Counted from the first letter of the stretch, positions 16,401-23,895 are shown. The stretch is 63,753 nucleotides of DNA from Candidatus Nanoarchaeia archaeon (GCA_028693395.1 JAQUVJ010000002.1:1-63753), one strand, 5' to 3'. The notes: generated by a model from the sequence alone, not told the origin. Program-made: numbers and translations.

Positions 16401-16718
16401 TCAAGCTCTTTTTTCAAACTTTTTAATCAATCCATCCAAAAAGCTATTTTCTCTAACTATTTTGGAGATTGCTGTTTCAATATGAGAATCCAACAATCCC
16501 TCCGCATAAATATCGTTGTAAAATTCTCTTTCCGATGTTACCTGATAATATTTGTTTACGGCCCAGAAAATATCCCAAGTGATTCTTTTTCTGAAATTCT
16601 GAAAATCCTTGGAATTAAAAACTTTTTCAATATGAGCCGCTGTTTCTGATGGATGTTTTCCTACAAAATCATTGATCTCATTTTTAATCTTCTCATAAAG
16701 TGTCTTGCTCATTTTCAT
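16401..16718 (-). CDS. hypothetical protein, 105 aa
   Basis: GAGGGGGA SD; first gene of P6 cassette. Confidence 0.7.
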   Translation of the reverse strand: MKMSKTLYEKIKNEINDFVGKHPSETAAHIEKVFNSKDFQNFRKRITWDIFWAVNKYYQVTSEREFYNDIYAEGLLDSHIETAISKIVRENSFLDGLIKKFEKRA

Positions 16719-16770
16719 TCAGAAATCCCCCTCTATTTTGTTTTCAAGTGTCTTCCGAACCAACAAGGAT

Positions 16771-16799
16771 ATTCTACCATGCTTCAATCAATCCGTCAA
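16771..16799 (-). promoter_or_regulatory. cassette promoter P6
   Basis: TTGACG-17 nt-TGG-TAGAAT. Confidence 0.75.
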
Positions 16800-16904
16800 T
16801 AGGTTATTTTCGATTTTCTTGTAGATTAAATTTTCAAACAACTTCCCACCACCCGGGCCAGACGTACAAAAATTTTTTCAATATTCAAATTATCAGAATA
16901 TAAG

Positions 16905-16941
16905 AAAAAAGCGACTCCCTTAAAAGAGTCGCTTTTTTTTC
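16905..16941. terminator. intrinsic terminator
   Basis: AGCGACTC/GAGTCGCT stem between A6 and T8. Confidence 0.75.
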
Positions 16942-16944
16942 TAT

Positions 16945-17298
16945 TTAAAATTCTCTTCTCAAATAATAAGTGCAACCAAAACCTTCACCCAATGTTTCAT
17001 CATCATTATAAGGATACAGAATACCTCTTACTTCCGTTATTCTTGCCGTAACTGTCCCCCAACAGGTTACATTCTGAGTTTTTTTACTATTCAATTTTCG
17101 AGAAGTGATTTTATACTGAAAAGCTGGATAGATGATATTTTTTGCGTTGTATCTAATTTCAAATTTAGTTCCAACAAAAGCTTGATCAACAAATACATTC
17201 GATTCTGTATTCCACTCATCACCCTTTACAGAATCGATCATCCAAACTTCCCCGGCGAACTCAACGATGGGTTTTTTGCTCATATCGATTTTTTTCAT
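16945..17298 (-). CDS. hypothetical protein, 117 aa
   Basis: True start ATG 17298 after AAGGGGGA SD; track start 17373 translates the conserved leader. Confidence 0.7.
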   Translation of the reverse strand: MKKIDMSKKPIVEFAGEVWMIDSVKGDEWNTESNVFVDQAFVGTKFEIRYNAKNIIYPAFQYKITSRKLNSKKTQNVTCWGTVTARITEVRGILYPYNDDETLGEGFGCTYYLRREF

Positions 17299-17363
17299 TA
17301 TAAAATCCCCCTTGAAAATAGATGTTTTGGTCGGGATCGCTCTCTCTCTCAACCAACAAGGAT

Positions 17364-17392
17364 ATTCTACCATAAAAAAATCAATACGTCAA
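17364..17392 (-). promoter_or_regulatory. cassette promoter P7
   Basis: TTGACG-17 nt-TGG-TAGAAT. Confidence 0.75.
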
Positions 17393-17449
17393 TAAGAAAA
17401 TATGATGTTTATATTTTCAAATAACTCCCCACCATAATAAACAGTACAA

Positions 17450-17737
17450 AAATTATCAAACTATTCAAAATAAAAATAATATATTAAAAAAACAAGTTAA
17501 TTGAAAAAACCCAAAATTTTTGAATACGTTAATTATACCTAAAATAGAAAAAACTATGAAAGTTAATTTAAAAAAACCTTTTTTTTTTGGTAAATTGTCA
17601 GATAATTTAGATTAGTCGGAAGATATTATTAAAAACAAAATTTTATCAATTATTTCATTATTTCATTAATTCATCATAAAAATATAAATTCTATAAAGAT
17701 TCAGATTATAGGATATATATTTTTTTGTCTTTAAATT
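17450..17737 (+). repeat. long dispersed direct repeat, copy 1
   Basis: Blocks AAACTATTCAAAATAAAAATAATATATTAAAAAAACAAGTTAATTGAAAAAACCC and TTCTATAAAGATTCAGATTATAGGATATATATTTTTTTGTCTTTAAATTC recur at 18810-19003. Confidence 0.8.
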
Positions 17738-17814
17738 CGGATAACTATCTCGTTCATTATACCATTTCAGATTTCAAAATTTCCCCTAGAAAAACCTATT
17801 TCATAATCTAATCT

Positions 17815-18055
17815 CGTAAAGCCTTGCAAACACTAGCTTTCTCAACTTCTCATTTTAAAAAATCCAACCTTGTAAAACCTTGCTATCACTAGCTTTTTTG
17901 ACCACGATCACTAATCTCTTCTGTACGGGGTTTTTAATACACATATCCATACAATCTTGCGTCTTCATTTCTAAAAACGCGACACAGAGCAAAATAGTAA
18001 TCGTAAGCCTTGTCTAACATTTATAAAACCTTGCAATTACTAGGTTTTTTATTTT
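17815..18055 (+). ncRNA. hairpin element copy c (candidate structured RNA)
   Basis: Same layout as copies a and b; arms 17910-17924 / 17984-17998 (12 of 15 pairs) plus inner CGGGGTTTTTA/TAAAAACGCG pairing. Confidence 0.4.
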
Positions 18056-18375
18056 TGATATTCCAGAAAAAAGATATATAAAAACTTTTACACCCGGGCC
18101 AAACGTACAAAAATTTTTTTAATATTCAGACTATCAAAATATAATAAAAAATGACCCTTTAAATTTTTCTTCTGAAAGAGCAGGGTCAGACTCTTCCAGC
18201 AACACTCATTTTTATAAATACTATGAATACCAAAATGAGAAAATATTCATAGCTTGAAACGATTCTTAAAAATTAAAATATTTAGATAATTGGAAATGCA
18301 GAATCAACATCTCCAATTACCTGTCTTTTTATAATACCTCATAAACAATAAAAGACAAAATGTTTACGGGATAAA

Positions 18376-18422
18376 TTAAAAAATTTTAATACGAGTAGAA
18401 AGGAGGATAACTACTCGTATTA
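18376..18422 (-). terminator. terminator downstream of tRNA-Leu
   Basis: 12-bp stem TAATACGAGTAG/CTACTCGTATTA then T-run on minus strand; second 13-bp hairpin at 18428-18461. Confidence 0.7.
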
Positions 18423-18547
18423 AAAGTGAAATGATTATTATTTCGAGCTAATAATCATTTCAATGGAACAAGAAATACCGTTGCGTTGTGCTTGTATCGC
18501 CGCATGGGGTCGGCAAAATTAAACTTTCTGATATTAAATTTTTTAAA

Positions 18548-18634
18548 TGGTGCGAGAGGGGGGACTCGAACCCCCAATCCCCTCCGGGCGAAGCATTTTA
18601 AGTGCTTTGCGTATCCCAATTCCGCCACTCTCGC
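18548..18634 (-). tRNA. tRNA-Leu (anticodon UAA), class II, CCA encoded
   Basis: Acceptor GCGAGAG/CTCTCGC, U8, D-arm GCGGAATTGGGATACGC, anticodon stem AAGCA/TGCTT with loop CTTAAAA, long variable arm, T-arm GGGGG-TTCGAGT-CCCCC, A-CCA end. Confidence 0.9.
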
Positions 18635-18681
18635 ACTTTTCTCTTTATTCACTTGTCAAGGTCGTTTCGCTCAACATGTAT

Positions 18682-18710
18682 ATAATACCATAGGATCAAT
18701 AAGATGTCAA
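18682..18710 (-). promoter_or_regulatory. promoter for tRNA-Leu
   Basis: TTGACA-17 nt-TGG-TATTAT, about 40 nt upstream of the tRNA 5' end. Confidence 0.65.
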
Positions 18711-18809
18711 TAACTAAAATCAATGTTTAAATTATCAAAAAACTTACTTACCCTTCAAACCATCCCGAAGAATGCAGAATATTCCGTCAACCACCCAGGC
18801 CATCGCCCA

Positions 18810-19003
18810 GAAATTATTAAACTATTCAAAATAAAAATAATATATTAAAAAACAAGTTAATTGAAAAAACCCTAAATTTCTTGAAAAATTGAATTGAATG
18901 GAAAATGACATAAAAATATAAATTGAAACAAAAAATATAAAATTTCATATTTATTCTATAAAGATTCAGATTATAGGATATATATTTTTTTGTCTTTAAA
19001 TTC
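18810..19003 (+). repeat. long dispersed direct repeat, copy 2
   Basis: Paralog of 17450-17737; bracketed by boxes at 18791-18801 and 19011-19021. Confidence 0.8.
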
Positions 19004-19055
19004 CCCTCATCCACCCGGGCCAACTAAATATAAATTTCAGATAATTTTCTATATA

Positions 19056-19094
19056 ATAAAAATGCGCTATCCCTCAAAGATAGCGCATTTTTTA
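19056..19094. terminator. intrinsic terminator
   Basis: ATGCGCTATC/GATAGCGCAT stem between A5 and T6. Confidence 0.75.
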
Positions 19095-19099
19095 GATTA

Positions 19100-19945
19100 T
19101 TAAACTATTTCATAATCCCATTTTTCCCAGTTATTTATATTGTACAATTTCCCTTTCCAATTAAACTTTATTTTATTATCCATATCAACTACAACAAATG
19201 TATCAGCTTTCTCTCCTGCAATCGTTACATAACCATTCAATATTCTAATTCTTTCACCATGATTCAATTTTCTCTTTTTTGTATTTTGTTTCATGGAAGT
19301 ACTGGAATATCCAGTCGTTTCAACCTTTTTTCTCCAATTATATGAACGCTCTTTTTCCTCATATGAATAATTATCAGCCAAATCCAAATTATCCAACTTA
19401 TTAAACATTTCCATCGGCATTCGTATTAAATGTTCAAATGTCAACGTATCCATATAATCAGAATACTCAGGAATCAAAGTAATATCAGCATTATGAATAG
19501 TTTTTTTAATTTTCATTTTCATCGCTGCTGCAACACGATTTCCCATAACATCCAAATACAAGATATAACCTTCACGACCACCCTTATGAATAAATATATC
19601 AATTATAATATTTTTTCCAAACAAATCCATTATAGCCTCTTTCAATGTCTTTCCCCTATAACTAACATTAAAACGAGAATTCAACCTATCATAAAACGTT
19701 TCAATAATTACTTCCCTTTTCTCTTCTCTCTTGGTACTAGTAGCTTTTTCATATCCCCTATAGCTACCAGGCATATATCCAGATACCAAATACTTTTTCA
19801 TTATACCATACTCTTCATTGAGCATCTTCATCATCTCGTCATTCCCACCACGATCAGGATGATGTATTCTTACTAATCTCCTATACTCATTCTTCAATAC
19901 AGAATCATCTTTGATCACAGAAGTATTAAAAAACTGCATCATCAT
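19100..19945 (-). CDS. J-domain (DnaJ-like) protein, 281 aa
   Basis: N-terminal YRRLVRIHHPDRGGNDEMMKMLNEEY with HPD tripeptide; rest unrecognised. Confidence 0.75.
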   Translation of the reverse strand: MMMQFFNTSVIKDDSVLKNEYRRLVRIHHPDRGGNDEMMKMLNEEYGIMKKYLVSGYMPGSYRGYEKATSTKREEKREVIIETFYDRLNSRFNVSYRGKTLKEAIMDLFGKNIIIDIFIHKGGREGYILYLDVMGNRVAAAMKMKIKKTIHNADITLIPEYSDYMDTLTFEHLIRMPMEMFNKLDNLDLADNYSYEEKERSYNWRKKVETTGYSSTSMKQNTKKRKLNHGERIRILNGYVTIAGEKADTFVVVDMDNKIKFNWKGKLYNINNWEKWDYEIV

Positions 19946-20178
19946 CGACCCCCCACAAGAATAAACTGATTCACTCTTTTCATCGGAATGACTGAACTAT
20001 TAAACTGTTCAATACTCATCCCAATTATCTCATCATCACTAACTACAATTACCTGATTGTTTTTATCATTGCTATATGTAAAACGAAATGACACCCTATC
20101 CGACCCCATTATCCCACGAAAAACTCCCCTAATTCTCGGATTCTTCGGATCAGTCTTTTTCATCTCATACTTCATCAT
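19942..20178 (-). CDS. hypothetical protein, 78 aa
   Basis: True start ATG 20178 after AGAGGAG; stop overlaps J-domain gene start (ATGA). Confidence 0.6.
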   Translation of the reverse strand: MMKYEMKKTDPKNPRIRGVFRGIMGSDRVSFRFTYSNDKNNQVIVVSDDEIIGMSIEQFNSSVIPMKRVNQFILVGGR

Positions 20179-20207
20179 CTCATCTCCTCTCATCAACCAA
20201 CAAGGAT

Positions 20208-20236
20208 ATTCTATCATATTAAAATCAATCCGTCAA
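20208..20236 (-). promoter_or_regulatory. cassette promoter P8
   Basis: TTGACG-17 nt-TGA-TAGAAT; leader truncated (no hairpin). Confidence 0.75.
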
Positions 20237-20272
20237 TAAGAAAATATGATGTTTATATTTTCAGATAACTTA

Positions 20273-20479
20273 AAAATGAACTTTTCCCTGATAGGTACTT
20301 AAAACTTTTTCCATTTGATTACTTTTCCCTGATAGGTACTTAAAACTTTTTCCAGCTTATAAACTATTCAAAATATCCAAAATTAAAGAAACCATTGCAA
20401 TTACCAGCTTTATCAAAATTTTACAACCCTTCTGAAAATAAAATGAACTTTTCCCTGATAGGTACTTATAAACTTTTTT
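20273..20479. repeat. three copies of a 33-40-nt CRISPR-repeat-like unit
   Basis: ACTTTTCCCTGATAGGTACTTAAAACTTTTTCC at 20280-20312, 20321-20353, 20447-20478; gaps 8 nt and about 93 nt. Confidence 0.8.
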
Positions 20480-20497
20480 AAAAATTTATAAATTCTT

Positions 20498-20629
20498 TGC
20501 AACAGTGTTGCATTTTAATATAAATTCTTTGCAACAGTGTTGCATTTTAATATAAATTTATATTAAAAAATAATATAAAACTCATAGACCGTTGCAAACA
20601 CTATATAAAAGTTTTGCAACAGTGTTGCA
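20498..20629. promoter_or_regulatory. three palindromic operator-like sites
   Basis: TGCAACAGTGTTGCA at 20498-20512, 20530-20544, 20615-20629. Confidence 0.6.
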
Positions 20630-20724
20630 TTAAAAGTCGGTGTGTATACAGAATACTTTACACAAAATTATCCACAAAAATATATTACACTATATGTAGC
20701 ATTAAAAAAAATATATTACACTAA

Positions 20725-21000
20725 TCCTTAGAGCATTATAGAGCTTAGAGCATCGTATAGAGCTATCCTTAGAGCATCGTATAGAGCTATCCTTAGAGCT
20801 TAGAGCTATCCTTAGAGCATCGTATAGAGCATTATAGAGCTTAGAGCATCGTATAGAGCATTATAGAGCTTAGAGCTATCCTTAGAGCATTGTATAGAGC
20901 TTAGAGCTATCCTTAGAGCATTGTATAGAGCTATCCTTAGAGTTATTTTTAGAGTATTGTATAAGGACGTATAGAGTATTGTATAGAGTATAAGATATAG
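20725..21000 (+). repeat. mosaic minisatellite built on TAGAGC
   Basis: 20 exact TAGAGC in about 215 bp, spaced 7/10/12 bp in units TTAGAGC, ATTATAGAGC, ATCGTATAGAGC, TATCCTTAGAGC; decays to TAGAG toward 21000. Confidence 0.9.
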
Positions 21001-21220
21001 AATTATTTAAAGAATTAGGTATATGTATTAAATTGTATGGATATTGATTATTGCTGTATTTGTTTAATTTATGGGAAATATTTGTTTTATATGGGAATTA
21101 GGTATATGTATTAAATTGTGTGGGGAGTTTTGTATACAATATAACCGTTGGAAACACTGATAAAATGCTGATAAAATGAAAATGGAATTTATTTTGAAAA
21201 AGTTTTTGTTTATATGAAAA

Positions 21221-21245
21221 AGAGCGGGTTTTGGGGACCCGCTCT
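21221..21245. terminator. intrinsic terminator (family copy 1 of 3)
   Basis: AGAGCGGGT/ACCCGCTCT stem, A5/T5 flanks; same hairpin at 22727-22751 and 25994-26018. Confidence 0.8.
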
Positions 21246-21291
21246 TTTTCTATCGTATATTATTTAGATTTAGATTTCAAAATTCTCTCCT

Positions 21292-21465
21292 TTATATTGA
21301 TGAACTGATTTCTTGTTTTACTTTTTCGTTAGAGTAGAACTGGCTCTTTATTTCTATATGATTGCAATTTTTATTCATACATATTTTTTTGTATGTAAAC
21401 TTATCTACTTTCTCCAGAATGGAATAGTCCATATTACTTTGACATGATGGGCATCTAAAAATCAT
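21292..21465 (-). CDS. zinc-ribbon mini-protein, 57 aa
   Basis: AAGGAGGAG RBS; MIFRCPSCQSN...CMNKNC; distal gene of hicA-like cassette. Confidence 0.55.
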   Translation of the reverse strand: MIFRCPSCQSNMDYSILEKVDKFTYKKICMNKNCNHIEIKSQFYSNEKVKQEISSSI

Positions 21466-21556
21466 TATTCTATCTCCTCCTTATATGTAAAACGATAAAA
21501 TCTATAAACTCTTCCAATGACATTTCCTGTATTTGTTTCTTAGTCATAATCATATC

Positions 21557-21778
21557 TTATTTATAGACCGCTTCAAACTCCTTCATATTAATTCCATTTT
21601 CTTTGAGAATCCGGCGAAGAAGTGTAGTCTTTACTTCGCCGCTTCTGGGAAATACAACCATTTTTGATGGATCGTATGTTTTTTTCATTTTTTGATGTCC
21701 GGTCCCTCCATTGTCGACATATCCGAGTTTTTCAAAAGCTTTTTTTACTCTGTCGCCGCGATAATCAAAACGTGCCAT
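21557..21778 (-). CDS. hicA: HicA-like mRNA interferase toxin, copy 1 (no HicB seen)
   Basis: 73 aa; KLGY..NGGTGHQKM...VVFPRSGEVKTTLLRRILKENGI fits HicA pattern (G.GSxH...P.H...l...l+.Ilkq.Gi). Confidence 0.7.
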   Translation of the reverse strand: MARFDYRGDRVKKAFEKLGYVDNGGTGHQKMKKTYDPSKMVVFPRSGEVKTTLLRRILKENGINMKEFEAVYK

Positions 21779-21833
21779 CTATATTACCCCCTCAAGATTT
21801 TATGTGTTGGTCGTTCTATCAACCAACAAGGAT

Positions 21834-21862
21834 AGTATATCACACTCTCGTCAATCCGTCAA
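21834..21862 (-). promoter_or_regulatory. cassette promoter P9
   Basis: TTGACG-17 nt-TGA-TATACT. Confidence 0.75.
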
Positions 21863-21967
21863 GAGCTTTTCTAAAGAATTTATTTTCAAAAAACTTTTCT
21901 TGTTTATACACTCATCATCATCAATTATATAGACTGTATATCGGTGAAAAAAAGTTATTTAATTATT

Positions 21968-22007
21968 GAAAAAGGGATGAATTTATTAAAAACTCATCCC
22001 TTTTTTT
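21968..22007. terminator. intrinsic terminator
   Basis: AAAGGGATGA/TCATCCCTTT stem then T7. Confidence 0.75.
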
Positions 22008-22013
22008 GATTAT

Positions 22014-22604
22014 TTATTCCATATAAACACTACCATCTTCGTAAAATTCAAACCCATTTTTATCCAAATATTTTATCAAATAAGAATCTGATGATTTATC
22101 TTTATATTTTTCTTTTAGAATGTCACCTACTACTAAAGTATAATAATGAAACAGTGAAAGAACTGCATTGACGAATTCATTTACATCATTTTCTATTGTA
22201 TATATATCTGCTTCTTCAAGAAGAATTTTAAAATTTCCAAGAGTTTCATACAACATAAAACTTCTTGAAGTGATAATAATATCAAAATCTTTAAATGCTC
22301 CTTCATAAAAATACCTTTTCATTTTATCTTTAATTCTAGCATGATCATTTGAAAGAATTTTCATTGCATCGGAAGCTTTAATTCTTCCATTAAAAGAGCA
22401 ATATGAAAGACTTTTTTTGTCCATAGTAAAAAATACATCTGCAATATGAACAACACTAGGAATATATGTAAGGGCGTGTTTTATATCCTCATTATCCAAT
22501 TCAATAGAATCAACACCGTATTTTTTAAATGTTTCAATCGCATAATTCTTTGCTTCGTCGGAAAGTTCATTGATGGTATACAGATCTAAAGTGATAGTTC
22601 TCAT
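22014..22604 (-). CDS. hypothetical protein, 196 aa
   Basis: GAGGAGG SD; P10 cassette; N-terminal LYTINELSDEAKNYAIE and C-terminal FEFYEDGSVY recall plasmid/phage accessory proteins, family not identified. Confidence 0.7.
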   Translation of the reverse strand: MRTITLDLYTINELSDEAKNYAIETFKKYGVDSIELDNEDIKHALTYIPSVVHIADVFFTMDKKSLSYCSFNGRIKASDAMKILSNDHARIKDKMKRYFYEGAFKDFDIIITSRSFMLYETLGNFKILLEEADIYTIENDVNEFVNAVLSLFHYYTLVVGDILKEKYKDKSSDSYLIKYLDKNGFEFYEDGSVYME

Positions 22605-22659
22605 TGTATTACCTCCTCAAAATTTTTATATGCTGGCCGTTTTATCAACCAACAAGGAT

Positions 22660-22688
22660 AGTATATCACACTCTCGTCAATCCGTCAA
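22660..22688 (-). promoter_or_regulatory. cassette promoter P10
   Basis: TTGACG-17 nt-TGA-TATACT. Confidence 0.75.
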
Positions 22689-22726
22689 GAACTTTTTTAA
22701 AGAATTTATTTTCAGATAATAAAAAA

Positions 22727-22751
22727 AGAGCGGGTTTTGGGGACCTGCTCT
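22727..22751. terminator. intrinsic terminator (family copy 2)
   Basis: AGAGCGGGT/ACCTGCTCT stem with A7/T5 flanks. Confidence 0.75.
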
Positions 22752-22827
22752 TTTTCACTATTCTTTTACAAAATCTTCAACAATTTCACAATTAATTTGT
22801 TTAAATTGATTAAAATGTACCATAAAT

Positions 22828-23001
22828 TCATCTATAGCTTTTAAAGTGTAAGGGATCATAACGATATCCCATATCTTTTGCTTTTTTTAAAACTTCTTGA
22901 ATTTTTTCATTATACTCTATCATAAAGGCTAACGAGCCTCTATAAATACAATCTTTTTGATATTCATTTAAATTTTGAAGATCAAGAATTTTATCACCCA
23001 T
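22828..23001 (-). CDS. hypothetical mini-protein, 57 aa
   Basis: ATG 23001 abuts upstream stop (TAAATG); a 33-aa ORF overlaps its 3' end out of frame, so a frameshifted longer gene is possible. Confidence 0.4.
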   Translation of the reverse strand: MGDKILDLQNLNEYQKDCIYRGSLAFMIEYNEKIQEVLKKAKDMGYRYDPLHFKSYR

Positions 23002-23289
23002 TTAATTTTTCTCCTTTTTTATTTGAATAAATTTTTCTAATTCTTTAATTTTTTCATATCGTTCTGTACATGTAGTCATTAGTTTCATTATTTCAGATTC
23101 CAAGAATTTTACTCGATTATTTAAAGTTTTAATTTCTTCATCTTTAATGTCTAGAATATTCTCCCATTGTCTATTATTATCGCTCTTATCTTTTTCCGTT
23201 TTTTCTTTCATTTCCATCATATTTATAGACATTTTTTGAATAAGATAATACATCGCCTTATCTTCTCTTCGCATTTCCATTATCATCAA
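23002..23289 (-). CDS. coiled-coil hypothetical protein
   Basis: 95-aa ORF. Confidence 0.6.
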   Translation of the reverse strand: MMIMEMRREDKAMYYLIQKMSINMMEMKEKTEKDKSDNNRQWENILDIKDEEIKTLNNRVKFLESEIMKLMTTCTERYEKIKELEKFIQIKKEKN

Positions 23290-23295
23290 TCCTTT

Positions 23296-23541
23296 CTATC
23301 TATTTGTAATTGTTTCAGCAAGAATTTCTGTTATTTTCCCATCACTACGTAATACACGAATATGTATCTGATTATCATGTATTACTTCGCCTTTAATGAT
23401 ATATTTTGTTTTACTGATATTCCCTTCTTCTCTGAAATTGAATTCTACTTCCATTTCACCACCTTTTGTTCTCGGCCCCGTTGCTTTTACTTCGTTACCA
23501 TCAATAAAAAGTTTTGTCCAGAAATTTCTAACAAATTTCAT
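23296..23541 (-). CDS. hypothetical protein
   Basis: 81-aa ORF, AAGGAGGA-type RBS. Confidence 0.65.
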   Translation of the reverse strand: MKFVRNFWTKLFIDGNEVKATGPRTKGGEMEVEFNFREEGNISKTKYIIKGEVIHDNQIHIRVLRSDGKITEILAETITNR

Positions 23542-23555
23542 AATTTTAGTCCTCC

Positions 23556-23870
23556 TTAGATATAATTTCCTATTTCAGATATAGACAGAATAAAATTTCT
23601 TGCCATTGTAATATTTTTAAAAAATATATTTTCTTTTATCATTTTATTATTCTTATCGTAAAAAGAGATATAGAAACCAAGTCCATCTTTAATAATCTGA
23701 AAAGTTCCATCGTGGGTTTTTTGTATATCAGTATATCCACAAGAAAGACCGTAGTTGCTTATGAAAATTCTACCATTTTTCTTTATATAAAATTTTCTAA
23801 TCATCTCATCTGACATTTTAGAACGGTCAATTTTAAAAGCATCTTCTGTAGAACGATTATTATAGCTCAT
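23556..23870 (-). CDS. hypothetical protein, 104 aa
   Basis: True start ATG 23870 after GAGAGGAG; P11 cassette. Confidence 0.65.
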   Translation of the reverse strand: MSYNNRSTEDAFKIDRSKMSDEMIRKFYIKKNGRIFISNYGLSCGYTDIQKTHDGTFQIIKDGLGFYISFYDKNNKMIKENIFFKNITMARNFILSISEIGNYI

Positions 23871-23895
23871 TTCTTCATCTCCTCTCAATGCAAGT

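Noticed and set aside
20668-20676. A perfect DnaA box TTATCCACA as evidence for a replication origin
   Set aside because: It is a single 9-mer in AT-rich DNA and could occur by chance. I mention it only as context for the neighbouring repeat arrays.
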